IMG/VR virus record: IMGVR_UViG_3300010352_001543
Direction: 5' to 3' (one strand)
Origin: a virus
Lineage: Duplodnaviria; Caudoviricetes
Length of the DNA stretch: 64,000 nt
A program made the position numbers and the translations under genes. Shown in pieces: positions 22,707 to 34,813 of this stretch. The notes below the pieces were generated by a model that worked only from the letters and a program-made list of their open reading frames with translations, did no database searches and had not been told where the DNA came from. Position 1 is the first letter of the stretch, and each line of letters starts with the position of its first letter.

Positions 22707-23105
22707 TCATCTTTTAACCTTCTTAGATTTGGGTTCCTCGTAAATATTACCAACGATTTTCATTGATTCATTGTCTATATACCGATCAATATAATATTCA
22801 TGATTTATTGATTTCCATACAAATTGTGATTTATCTTCGTTAAAATAGATTATACATTTATCTTTTAAGCGAGTATGATAAACTATATCTCCAGTGAATA
22901 TCTTCTTACCTTTAATATCTTTTTTACCTATATACTGCATTATATCAAATTCTTCATAATCAAATGGTGAAAATCCAATATATGGTTTGTCCCATGGAAT
23001 TTCAGGAGCGTCTCTTTCAAGACGCCTAAGTTCAAATTCGATAGGATCGTAAATCATTTTCTTATTTTCTTTGTCCCAAGCTCTGAATTCTAAATTATTC
23101 ATCAT
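22707..23105 (-). CDS. YopX-family protein
   Basis: FRAWDKENKKM, MQYIGKKDIKGKKIFTGDIV, IVGNIYE. Confidence 0.85.
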   Translation of the reverse strand: MMNNLEFRAWDKENKKMIYDPIEFELRRLERDAPEIPWDKPYIGFSPFDYEEFDIMQYIGKKDIKGKKIFTGDIVYHTRLKDKCIIYFNEDKSQFVWKSINHEYYIDRYIDNESMKIVGNIYEEPKSKKVKR

Positions 23106-24861
23106 CTGAACTCGCTAACATTTGTAAAATATAATTATTTTTCCATTCATCATCTTTCAACTTTTTATAACGATCCAATGCTTCAGATGCTTTAAATCTA
23201 ACTTTATCCATTAATTCGTTTTCTATTTTAAGAATATATTTGATTGGATAGACTACTTCAAAATCAAATAATATTTTACTATTGTCAATATTATTCATAC
23301 CTATAAATAGACAATGTAACTCATCATTTTGATTACTAAGTGTGCATTTTATTTGTGGATCTTTTTTAACAAGATATTCCCAGTCTAAAGGAAATTCTTT
23401 ATTATTTCTTCTTATGTTAGAATCATAGAAATTTTTGGATATTATAGTATTATCTTTTCCACTATTAAATTGATCAATCATTTCTTTAGAAATTGATCGA
23501 TATAAATCTAATGGTCCAAACTTTTTCAAAATTCCCATTAATGTATTTTGTTTTGTATCTTTTTTCATCTTATCTCATATCCTTCTTTTTCGTAATCAAA
23601 TAAAATATTTCTAAATTTTTCTATAAGCTCATCACAAATTTTTGAACTTAGAAAATCACCATATTTCAAAAATGTTTCTTTTTCTATTTGTATATTGATA
23701 ATTGATCGATTAAGAAAATCTATTCTATTATAAGCCGATATAAAAGTTCTGTTCTTAACCGGTTGTTTAAAATTTTTAGTCTTCATTAATGCTCATCAAT
23801 TTCATAAGATTCACATTCTAATCTTGCAATACTATCATCATCCGAAAATTCTAAAAACGAAATACTAAAAATTTCACCTGTTTCGTTGAAAAAAGGTCTT
23901 ACATAATCAGCATTTGTAACCATTAAACATTTCATGTCACTAAAAGTATCACTTCTTGATTTGTTATTAGAAATCCAATTCAAAAAGAAATCTATGTCAG
24001 TTTTTTGAATTAATGGTACATCAATTGTTAAATCTTTTCGAAAAATACAATTGTAAAATGTCTTAGTTCCAATTGTTAGATTTATTTTCATTTTTTAATC
24101 AGTTCCTTCAAAAGCCTTATATGCTAAATCATAAATTACAATGACCGGAACCATTGTAGCATCTATAGTAAATAATGTGTATTCATCGATTTTGAAATGT
24201 CGTTGTACTGGCGTGTCAGCATATCCAACATACATTTTTGTTGATTCGTAATATTCTATCTCAGCTATAATAGTATGTTCGATTTTGGTGCTATATGATC
24301 CGATAACTGGATGACCTACTTGATATTGAATATTAGTGTTTAATATAATTAAACCTTTAATCTCATTTTTCATTTCTATTTTATTCCTTATTATACATTA
24401 TAAATGATGTTATTTCTTAATATTGCTTTCCAATTATCTTCTTGCTTTTTCAGATATAAAGCATATTGTTGATCGATATGTGCTTTTAATTTATTTGATA
24501 TATGTTGTTCTAAGTTTATGATGAAATCGTCCAAAAGATAAAATGCTGCTTCCCAAACATAATTCTTGTTATTTATTATGTTATATTTAAACGCTTCAGC
24601 ATAACAAAATAATCTATCGTCTTTAATACTAAAACCAACTTTAATATAATTAGCAGAGGAACTCCAACCATCACCAGGCCATGTTCTTCGATCAAAAATA
24701 TCAGGTTCTCCATAAGACATATCTAACCACTTACATTCTATTATTTCTGTTTCTTTTTTATGCTCGTTTATAAATTTGATTAATTTAAGCACCGTCTCTT
24801 TATCTGAGCTATAAACAATTTCTAATTTTTTTAATATTGTTCGTAATTTATTCTTTTCCAA
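23095..24861 (-). CDS. Run of hypothetical proteins; 23095..23568 and 24391..24861 appear paralogous to 20143..20658
   Basis: Shared C-terminal Y/L.K....WK..(I/V) helix and preceding (W/F)E......I.IE pattern. Confidence 0.55.
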
Positions 24862-25338
24862 AGTGGTGTCTCCATGCTTTTAAAATATCTTTATCGGTAG
24901 GCCAATGATCAATAACATAGAATAAGTCACAATAATTAATATGTTGTGATGTATTTAATCCTCTCCACCAAACACGAGCAGTATCTATCAATGCTTCATC
25001 TGAATTTTTATACTCTTCTATTTTCAAATTAGCATAACGCTCCATAGCATTTTCTAAACCTTTTTCTGTAAATGCTGGAGTTAATATCCACCAATCTGGA
25101 AATTCGCCATTGTTGTTATATTGGTATAATTTTAATTCGTTAGAAACTTTAAAATCTTCTTCTTTTAAAATATCTTCCATTACTTTTATCATTTTATCAC
25201 ATCCTTGTAAAGTTTCCAAATAATAGTAATATCTGTAGCGGATTTATTTTCCATTTCAGCTATTCTGTGTTTCATGTCATCTTCGGTGTAATGGTCTTCC
25301 ATGAAGCTGGAGTAAACGATCTTTTCATTTGTTTTCAT
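24848..25338 (-). pseudogene. Gene split by a 1-nt deletion near 25243 (MKTNEKIV...ENK / RYRYYYYLETLQG...)
   Basis: ATG 25338 follows promoter copy 6; adding one base joins it to track ORF 24848..25219, which has only a TTG start. Confidence 0.5.
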
Positions 25339-25385
25339 TTTTTATTTCCTAAAAATATTAGTTGTTATTTAAATTATATAGTATA

Positions 25386-25454
25386 GACGTTGCTAATGGA
25401 ATTTTATTGTAAACAAAAAGAAAGAATTTTCAATTTATTTTGAAAATTCTTTCT
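25386..25454 (-). promoter_or_regulatory. Terminator-hairpin plus promoter cassette, copy 6
   Basis: Same motif and a strong hairpin. Confidence 0.75.
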
Positions 25455-25482
25455 ACTAAGTTTTATAAAGAATGATTCTTTT

Positions 25483-27928
25483 TTACAGGTTCTTTATGAT
25501 TTCACAAATTCGTTGTTCGGTAATATTCTTTTCTGTTGTCTGGGTATCTTCCCATGTATCATACACAGTGGCTTCATATAATCCACTTTCGTTAAGAATA
25601 AACATTATTGAATCACCTTTTCCGTTATGTAAAGCAGAAAAATCAAAGGAAATTTCGCCCTTACTGTTAGTGTTACCGGAAAAATAATGATAACCTTTTT
25701 GATTCATTGTTGTGAATAACCATTTATAGTCCATTTTTTAATTCCTTATTATTTCTAAAATATTTTCTTTTGGTATATCGATTTCGTGGTAAGGATTATT
25801 AACATACTCAGAAACAGGGTATATCCGGCCACCAGCATCAAATACATCATAAACAGCATTGTCTATTCCTTTAACCTTGTAATGGCTCTTTACGTCTAAA
25901 TAATTAGCAAATTTCAACCATGTTCTACTATCTGACCAGAAACCGTTCTCTTCCGATACAACCTGTAAATCTTTTTTTATGTCATTGGATAACATTTCTC
26001 TTTCAATCCAACTCCATCTTTCTCCATATGATTTTACAAGTTCATGTGGAAGAGAAATAGAAGCAATTGAATGTCGATTCAATGCATACCGAACGGCCAT
26101 CCAACAAGTAGTCCATTCAACCGAGGTCAGTGGATTATTTTCCATTTTATTTCCTTATTATTTCTTTTAAAATATATTCTTCAATTTCATAAGTTCTGCT
26201 GATCTGACCGGATGGATCGATTGTGACTTTATTATAAGGCATACGAAATATCTTATCTTCAGGTGAAATTATTTTAAGGGAACCACAAGCCATATCATCA
26301 TATGCCCAAATTTGATCATTTACTATTATTTTCTTCATTTTTGTTCTTTTTTAAATATTTTTGATATATTTTTTCTAACTCTTCCATATCTTCTTCCGAT
26401 ATTTGTAACGCATAATCTGAGCTAGCATACTCCCAATTTACCATGCCTTCTTTGTCCTGTAACCGGCTGTATTTGGTTTCTATTATTTCGTCATCCAAAT
26501 GAATTTCAGTCGTTATTTCTGAAAGGGTCAATTCTTTAAGTTTAGAAATTTCCATTATTTTATTCCTTTTTCTTTATCTGTAAATCAAGTGGAATATTCT
26601 CTACTGTCCAATTTCCAATATCAAAAATTATCGTATTAATTTCCTTTCCGTCTATCCAGTCAATTGTTATAGCTTCTTTTTTGAAATCAACCAACATATG
26701 ACAGCTATCCGAGATATCATTTTTAAAAACTAAACTCATCAACATTGTTTCTGTACTGAAATGCAAAGTACCTGGTTGTATAAGAAAAGTTGTTTCCTCC
26801 TCTTCTACTGTTTGGACGAAACTTCCGTATCCAACCGGAAATTCAATAAATGAACAGTAAGAGTCATTCTCGTAATTTAATTTTTTAGTAATGTTACTGT
26901 CGGTGGAGGTATATATTTTAACTCCGGTTGTTAATATTGTACAATTATATTCTTGTGAACTGGTTCTGGCACAGTTGAACAATATTAGCAAAAGAATTAT
27001 TAAAGCCACATAAAGCGCTTTGGTGATGAGTGGATTTTCTTCTTCTTTAAATTTTCTATTCATATATTATTTCTTTTTTATAAATCAAAACCGGTTGGTA
27101 ATTTGACTGATGGATTATTTATGGTTATCATCATTTTCCATTGATGATCATCTTTTACTGGTTCATATTTAAAATCAGTAGGAATGTAGGTTAACTCAGG
27201 GAAATCATGATAATCATAGAATGTAAAAGAAGGTAAGTTCAAACAGGAGTGAAACCATATCAACCACTCTGCTCTTGTCCGGCCACCTGTAATGTGTTTA
27301 ATTTTATTTTTTATCATTTAGTAATTCTGCTATTTGTTGAACAAGTTCAAGTTGATACTCATTTCCTTCACTCCGACTTAACGCATATTGTAAATTTTTA
27401 AGATTAAGAAATATTTCCTGTAGTGTATCAGTTTCATAAACATGTAAATCAATTTTAAATGTTTTGTTACCATGATGTCTATCATCCGTACTATCAGTCA
27501 TCAAATCTTTCAAAGAATATTTGATGCTTAATTCATTACCAAAAGCATTGAACATATATCGTTTATACCAGTCCCAACGTTCTGAATTTTCATCTATTTG
27601 CTTTGTTTCTTCTTCAGTTAATCTAAGTTGTGTTTGTACTCTCATGTTATTAGACCCATTTAGAAGTGGCATATGCGATATAATCATAGAGGTTCGGACC
27701 ATAATGACTCATATTCTCTCTGACGCCGTATTTAATAATTTTACCGGTTCTGATATTTCTGCTTTCCCAAGTCCAGTACCCGTTTCCTTCTTCATCTTCA
27801 TCACTCCTGACCGGTAATGTAAGAACTTCACTTTCTACTCCTCTGCCATATTCGAATTCGTAATGTATGTCACCGATTTTGATTTCTTCAACTATTACAT
27901 TTCCTTTAGTAAATGTCATTACAACCAT
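25483..27928 (-). CDS. Run of eight small hypothetical proteins; 26560..27063 has a signal/TM segment ending LFNC (possible lipoprotein)
   Basis: Co-oriented ORFs. Confidence 0.55.
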
Positions 27929-28575
27929 TCCTTAAATTGTTCAATAGATTTTACAAAGCAACTACAGAAATTTAAAAAGATAGGAAAATTAAGTCTTTGC
28001 TGTCTTTCAACATAATTTTTCCATTTTTCTCCAAAAAATTCTTTCCGGAGTCCTTGTGAAACTTCTAACTGTATTCCTTTACTTCTTAGATTTTTATTAC
28101 AAATGTTCTTAGATGAAACACCTTCTAAACCTTTCCTGATTTCTTGAGGAATAACGAACCCAGCTGATCTTAGTTGCATCTTAATTAAATTTTTCAGATC
28201 CGTATCAAGCCCCCCAATATACGAAAACGCATCCGCTTCATCCGCTCCATGTACAGAAATAGTAATATTTGTTTTTTCAAGTAGCTTGTCACATTCTTCA
28301 AATGAAAATTTACTTGAGGTGATATGAAGTGCTAAATTTGCTGGACCATCCGTCTGATTGTTTAATAGGCCATTAAACAGAAAATAGTTGTAGTTTCCTT
28401 GATTGGCTATTTCTTTTGCTATCTCACCGGTTCCTCCCTCGATTCCCCCGCTATGTATAGCTAAAATAGTAACATCTGAATCCCTGTCCAAATATTCGAT
28501 TGAGTAATCTTGATCTTGAACGTAGATAGTTTTAATTTCATTTACGCTTATGAACGTATCTTTTGTGTTATTCAT
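27919..28575 (-). CDS. Poly-gamma-glutamate hydrolase (PghP/DUF867 family Zn peptidase)
   Basis: AIHSGGIEGGT.E, LHITS..F, ISVHG, NICNK, GIQLE.S..LR. Confidence 0.85.
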   Translation of the reverse strand: MNNTKDTFISVNEIKTIYVQDQDYSIEYLDRDSDVTILAIHSGGIEGGTGEIAKEIANQGNYNYFLFNGLLNNQTDGPANLALHITSSKFSFEECDKLLEKTNITISVHGADEADAFSYIGGLDTDLKNLIKMQLRSAGFVIPQEIRKGLEGVSSKNICNKNLRSKGIQLEVSQGLRKEFFGEKWKNYVERQQRLNFPIFLNFCSCFVKSIEQFKEWL

Positions 28576-28686
28576 ATTTCTTATCTGCCCGTAACATTAT
28601 AGCATATAAAACTCCAAAGGAAACAACAAACATACCCATACATAAACCAGTTCCTAAAATTCGCCAAAATTCTGCTGGTATATTAT

Positions 28687-30810
28687 TCATCTTACTTTAT
28701 CCTTTAAAATAAATTTAACATAAGAAAGATGTTTATTGTCGGTCTTCGGTATACATATATTTTTTATATAACCATCATAACCATAATCGACTTCAATGTT
28801 GTAATCGCTGTTATCTTTACAAAAATAATATTGATAAATAAAATTATAATTTTCGTTAATTTGAGCAAAATAATCCCCTTCTTTTATATCTGATATTTTA
28901 CATTCTACGAAGTTGAATGCACTATCGATAATTTCATTATCTGAAATCTTATAGTTTACTTCCACAATGGTTTTGTATTTTGACTCTATTCTATATCTAT
29001 GCATACCATCAAAAAAATAAATAATATTGCCATTTTTATCCAGAAACGGGAAGTCCTTTGCTGAATATTTTGGTTTTCGTAACTCATTTAGTTCGGCCTT
29101 TACCTGTTTAATTCTATCAATCATTTTTTGAGTTCCATCTATAAGCTCCTGGTAACCTGATTGAATAATATGTAAGTATTCTATTTCGTCTGTCATTTTT
29201 TAAATTTCCTTTAATATAAATTTTCGCTAATTAAAATTGGATTTTCTTTATCAACCGCCTCAAGTCCATACCTGATTTGTTTAGCAGCTAATGCAATTTC
29301 CCATGCTTCTTTCCTATCAACGAATCTGTCTAAATTTGTTATGAATCCTTGTGATTTTAAATTATGATATTTTCTTAATTTGATAGCCTCATCCAAACCA
29401 ATTAAATCAACAATAGTTGCAAAACAATTATGGTGTCGTCTACCGGATATAACATAGCCGGTTGATATATTTTTAGGTTGATGCTCATGAAACGCTCCAT
29501 CATTGACCCAAATTGCGGCACAAAGAATATGTTCCTTATATTTTATTTTATTTGCTTCATCGATTTCTGCTAAAATACATTTGGCTGCTTCTGCAATATT
29601 CGGTACTTCATCATAGGTAGTAAACAATTTCACTGCATCTAAGTATCTATATGGATACTTAGATTCAAAAGATTTCATGTATTCGATATGTTCCTCAACT
29701 GTTCCGGTTTCAACACTTGGTGGCTTTAATTCAATGATTTCTTCTTTAATTTCTTCTTTAATCGGTCTGTAAAATTTACAACTTGGTTTGTCTGTCATTG
29801 TATCATTTATAATACATTGATAATACATCCGTAAACCTTTTCTTACTCCTCGAGTATCCAACGAACATTTATATTTATGTGATTTCGGATTCTCATAAAT
29901 ATGTTCACATGTCGTGCATAAGCTATTCGGGTTCTTTACCATTTTTATCAAACCTTGAAAATTCTTTACATTTATCACATCGATGGACGTTGAGATGTCC
30001 AGCTATATGTTCACCTTTTAAATATCCATTCTCGTCCAAACCACATTGATAATGTATAACCAAACAATTGTTGGATGCCGATGTGTCAATAGATCCCGGA
30101 GCGGTATCAACACAATGTACCCGAGATCCTACATAAAGTAATTTACAATCCAAATCACAAAATTCACTATCCAAAACTCTAATTTTAAATTCTTTCATTT
30201 TAATTCCTACTAAACAAAACTTACTGAAAATATTTCATATACCATTGCTCGTATTTTGCTTACCGGCATATCCAACGGAACGAAACGCTCTTCAAATCCA
30301 AAATAAAATTCTATATTTTTGGTGGCCGGATTAGTTAACCTCTTTCTATCTATTTTAGCATATATAGAATTGTTTCCGTTTTTGGCTATGATTAAAAAAT
30401 CTTTGAAACTGTTTTGATTTTTGTTAAATTCAACAACAATCTCATCCAACCATTTTCCATCTAATTCTTCATCTTCTCTCATTTTCCAATTCCTTTTCAA
30501 TTTTCATATAATCAAATATTTTCACATAGTCTTTAATTTCTACATCATAATCGTAATCATAACCACAATCGGTCCAACTCTTACCAAAACTAATAATAAA
30601 ATTACATTTATAAATTCCTGGCTCTAAATCAAAATCCCATTCATTTAAATCTCCTTCATATTCGAGAATACTTTTTGCTCCATCATATGATGATGAATCT
30701 TCTTCAGATTCATAGGCAAATAAATCATAATCTAACATGAATCCTTTTTGCTCAGTACTTATTGCTATTATAATAGGAATTTTATAGCATCCTGAATATT
30801 CTTCTATCAT
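28687..30810 (-). CDS. Run of hypothetical proteins; 29211..29978 has a Cys-rich N-terminus and a conserved C-terminal domain (CAAI..G.RH..QGF....RFV.R.EA..SE.LY)
   Basis: Co-oriented ORFs. Confidence 0.55.
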
Positions 30811-30830
30811 TTTTATTTCCTTAGTTAAAA

Positions 30831-30920
30831 GAGGTGAAGTGCGATCAGGTCCGACCTGATTAAGCAGTTGTTACTTTCGCGTTCCGGTTCGCCACTACAA
30901 TCATTTAGCCACTTCACCCC
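30831..30920 (-). ncRNA. Putative structured ncRNA (~90 nt)
   Basis: GC-rich intergenic island; 11-bp closing stem GGGGTGAAGTG/CACTTCACCTC followed by TTTT; internal helices. Confidence 0.55.
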
Positions 30921-31592
30921 AGTTAAATTATTTTAATATCATTATATTGTTTTTCTAAATCTTCTACAGTCGCTTTATTTTCTTCTAATTCTTTGGTAAG
31001 TTCTTTGATTCTTTTTTCTTTTTGTTCTATATTTTCATAAAGACGACCGATTTTGGTTTTTAGTGTTCTCATTTGGAAAAAACTTTCTAATTCTTCTTCA
31101 CTAAAATAGAACCTATCAACATCAATAAAGTTATCCTTTTTCCGATAGTCAGACCATAGTCTAATTTTAGTAGCTCCACCTTCTTTGAAACCCAAAGATA
31201 GAATCGGACGTAATTCGATAAAATACATTGGTCGTTTTAGTCGGTATATTGCATCCGGACCATATCGACCGAAATAACATCCATTGAAAACACCAAAGGT
31301 TGTATATTTAATTAGTTTACTCATAATTCAACAAAGCCTTCTGAAATTAATGCTTCTTTTATTGCTTCTTTGAGCATTTTATTTCCTTTGTCATAAATTC
31401 TGGTTAACTCATCCTCCACAAAGGTAACATCATCGATAAAATTTTCTCTCATTTCTTTCAACCGATCAGAATCATATATACCTTCATATAAGCATATATT
31501 AAAATCATTTTGAAAAAGAGAAGCAATATTTTGAATTTTAATTTTAAGATTGGTTATTCTATCAAACAATTGGTGTTGCCTTGTATTATCCA

Positions 31593-32302
31593 TTATTTGG
31601 TTCTCCCGAATACACTATAGCCTATAATTTTACTAACTAATTCGAATTCCGTTTCTGGTGGTAAATGCTTTGACCAAATCTTTAATGCTCGAATAAAACT
31701 TTTAATAGAATAGATTCCATTAAATCCATCAAAACAGTCATATCCTTCTCTTACATATTTTTCGCTATTTTCTAATGTATCCCATCTACAATCTTTTAGC
31801 ATTGGATTGAATTTTCCTTTGTAGTAACATCGTAGGTTTCTATCAATGGAATCTACACAGAAAAAATGATGTCGTTTTCCACTATCATTCCGATTTTTAT
31901 GTACCTGCCCTTGATCTTTGAAAGATCCTTTTTTGATTCTCTGTCCTTTCGGAGCTTCATATTTTAATTTCATTATTTTGTTCTCCCAAATACTCTATTG
32001 TTAGGTATCGAACTATATAAAACGAATTCTGTTCCGGATGGTAAATATTTAGACCATCTTTTTAATGCTTTTCTGAAAGCTTTAACAGTATGCACTGTTT
32101 TACAGGCATTGGAACAATCACAACCAATATTTCGATAAGATTCTATTTCTTCTATACTGTCCCAAAGTTCAGCTCTAATTTTTGGCTTATCTGGAAAAGC
32201 GACTCTACTGTAAAACCATATATTGATGTCTTTAGCCACAACGTGCATAAATTTACTACGTTTTATTCTATTGTTCTTTTGTGCTTCGTATTTTAGTTTC
32301 AT
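31593..32302 (-). CDS. Tandem paralog pair (31593..31973, 31973..32302)
   Basis: Both start MKLKYEA..RIK and end WSK.LP..TEF.L.S.I....VFGRTK. Confidence 0.7.
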
Positions 32303-32514
32303 ATTTGAAATCCTTCTGGATATTTGGTTGTAAGTGGTCTGTAATCACCATAACCCTTTTGTCCACAAGCAGGACATATCATTGTAGGAATAACATTATT
32401 ATGAAAATTTTCATCATCATATCCACGTTGCTCAATTTCAAAATCACAAAATTCACAAACATAAATTGCTCGGAAGTCCCTTCTATGCTGGCTCGTTATT
32501 TCTTTAATTTTCAT
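32299..32514 (-). CDS. Zn-ribbon phage protein
   Basis: RRDF.A.Y.CEFC...GYDD..FH..VIP.M.CP.CG. Confidence 0.65.
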   Translation of the reverse strand: MKIKEITSQHRRDFRAIYVCEFCDFEIEQRGYDDENFHNNVIPTMICPACGQKGYGDYRPLTTKYPEGFQI

Positions 32515-33471
32515 TTTCTATAATTCCGCTAACTGTTTTTCTAGAATTTCCAGTTTGTTTTTGTTATGATTGTAGATCAAATCCAAAACAGCATCTGCTA
32601 ATTCAATATCTGTAGTTAATACTTGAAATACTCTGCTTCTGTTACTTGCTATTCCATAATAGTATTTCATAAAACCGATAGATTCATATCCGGTATCGTA
32701 TGCACCCTTTGAATCAACTCTATTATCTATCAAATAATTGATATCTCTAAGTTGAGTTATCTTGTTTCTCAAATCATTTGCTTGTTGTAATGTTTCTAAT
32801 TCCATTATATAACCACTTCCCTAAGTTTTGAACAACTAACACATCTATATCTTTCTTCTGTAATTCCTTCTTGAAATCCACTACAGAAGAATGGAAAAGT
32901 TTTATCTTCGTAATGTAATTCTTGTAATGTAATTCTAAAATCATCACATGATGGTGAACATATAGAATTATTTAACGGATCAACCGTTATTTCAGCTTCT
33001 CTTAAAGCTACGATTATTTTCTTACCGTCAGTCATTTTCTACTTCCATTTACCGTTTTTAAATCTGATTTTCCGAATACTATCCCTGAATTCTTGTTTAA
33101 CTTCTTCAGTGAAGCTATAACTTGGTGTAATAAAATTGTGCATATTGCCAAATTTTACTTCAATAGGCATCATGCTTATCATTTCTTGGTATTTTTCCAA
33201 AGCAAATTTTATCATCTCTGGGTAACTTTCTATTATGTCAATATGCTTATTGTTAAGATCAACTACTCCACGTCCGAGTTTTTTATCACCATTAATCCTA
33301 CTTCTTAAAACTCTCATATTATACTGAAACTCAGAACATGCTAAACCTATCTTAAGACCATCCATCACTGTTAAATTATCTTCGTTTTCTTTGACCCAGT
33401 CGATAAAGAATGGTCCAACAGAAGCAGCTTCTTGATCAGGGAAGATCAAAAAGTTGGAAATGTTAAAATCT

Positions 33472-33735
33472 TTATGCATCTTCATCCTCGTCATCATAAT
33501 ATTCATCTTCGTCTTCAAATGGATCAAAAGTATTTTCAGTTAATGTATAAAGAAGATGATTATAATCACCGGAAGTACATTCAGCTATAACAGCATCGAT
33601 TTCTGCTTTTGGTGTTCCTTGTTCTTTTGCTGCTGATTTAAATGCTCCTATTAAACTAAAAGCGTTTCCATCTAATCCTACAAGTTGTAATTCAACTAAT
33701 TCGGTTACTTTCTTTAAATCATTCATTTTTTTCAA
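33472..33735 (-). CDS. Small DGNAF-motif phage protein; paralog at 46478..46771
   Basis: LVGLDGNAF...SGDYNHLL; shared EQGTPK.EIDAVI.EC. Confidence 0.65.
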   Translation of the reverse strand: MKKMNDLKKVTELVELQLVGLDGNAFSLIGAFKSAAKEQGTPKAEIDAVIAECTSGDYNHLLYTLTENTFDPFEDEDEYYDDEDEDA

Positions 33736-33777
33736 ATCCTCTAAAATTATTAGTTTGTTATTTAAATATAATATATA

Positions 33778-33802
33778 GACGTTGCAATTGGAATTTTATT
33801 GT
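33778..33802 (-). promoter_or_regulatory. Promoter motif copy 7
   Basis: ACAATAAAA-N12-CGTC. Confidence 0.7.
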
Positions 33803-33825
33803 AACAAAAAAGAAAAATAATTAAA

Positions 33826-33861
33826 AAGATGTCTTTAATTTTCGATCATCAAAGGCATCTT
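33826..33861 (-). terminator. Possible terminator hairpin
   Basis: AAGATGCCTTT...AAAGACATCTT followed by T-rich tract on the minus strand. Confidence 0.45.
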
Positions 33862-33877
33862 ATCATCGGAGAAATAT

Positions 33878-34813
33878 TTATATAGCAGAAATATCTGCTC
33901 GTCTCATTTTCTTTTTAATCTCTTCTAAATCACTTACATTCTCAATGGAAATCAATGGCGCCGGTTCTGGGAGAACTTCAATACACCGTCCAAGCTCATC
34001 CGTTATATCTTTTTTAAGTACCCATTTAGTTTTTCCCAACATCGAAGGAACAAATTCATAACATATTGAAGTGTCTGTTATTTCTAAAATCCGGATACAT
34101 CTTACATCATAATGTTCAGGTGTATTTCTTTTGAATAAATACCGATATCCAGCAATATATTCAGTAACTAATGGTTTTGAAATATACGCTACATACAATC
34201 CATTCCACCAATTTTTCATATCACCATTATAATCAGCGGGTAGTTCAGTTTCCCAAAGAACATTGTATCCCAAATCTTCGAACGCCATTCGGGTTCCTTC
34301 TTTTGCGTTTCTGTCATTCCAATCATCGACTATGCATATAAACCTATCTTCCAAAAATGGATTCAAATAAATAAATGCATTGTACTGGTCAGACTCGGTA
34401 TGAGCCCCGTCATAGAAATAAACATTGAATTTATCAAACTCGGAGTAATCAATATTTTTGAAATCATTATTTATAAGCAGTGATTTATTATGCCCTAAGT
34501 AGGTTTTGATATTATTCCATGAAATATCGAGCATGTCGGCTGCTTCTTCACCGCTTAAAAATTCAGAGAAATTATCCACCGCAATTGATTTGTTAGTTTC
34601 ATTGTTATAGTTTGCTGATATGAAAGTAGAACCTTTCCATATTCCAACTTCTAAATAATTAGTGTTTTCATGAAGATGGAGAAGGTTATTTAGAAAATGC
34701 CTTACCTTAGGACTTGACATTCCGGGCAGTTCTAAAATTTCCTTTGTTAATTGTGATTCTCCCAATTCAGCCAGCTGAATTGATTTTTCAATTATTTCTA
34801 TTGTTTTGTTCAT
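33878..34813 (-). CDS. Class I SAM-dependent methyltransferase (Methyltransf_24-like) with appended phage domain
   Basis: YLEVGIWKGST, VDNF, FYDGAH, IVDDWN. Confidence 0.85.
   Translation of the reverse strand: MNKTIEIIEKSIQLAELGESQLTKEILELPGMSSPKVRHFLNNLLHLHENTNYLEVGIWKGSTFISANYNNETNKSIAVDNFSEFLSGEEAADMLDISWNNIKTYLGHNKSLLINNDFKNIDYSEFDKFNVYFYDGAHTESDQYNAFIYLNPFLEDRFICIVDDWNDRNAKEGTRMAFEDLGYNVLWETELPADYNGDMKNWWNGLYVAYISKPLVTEYIAGYRYLFKRNTPEHYDVRCIRILEITDTSICYEFVPSMLGKTKWVLKKDITDELGRCIEVLPEPAPLISIENVSDLEEIKKKMRRADISAI

Noticed and set aside
30843-30868. Plus-strand TCAGGTCCG...AAGCAG resembling SRP RNA domain IV
   Set aside because: The GNRA-type loop and GG are missing, and it is antisense to all local transcription.
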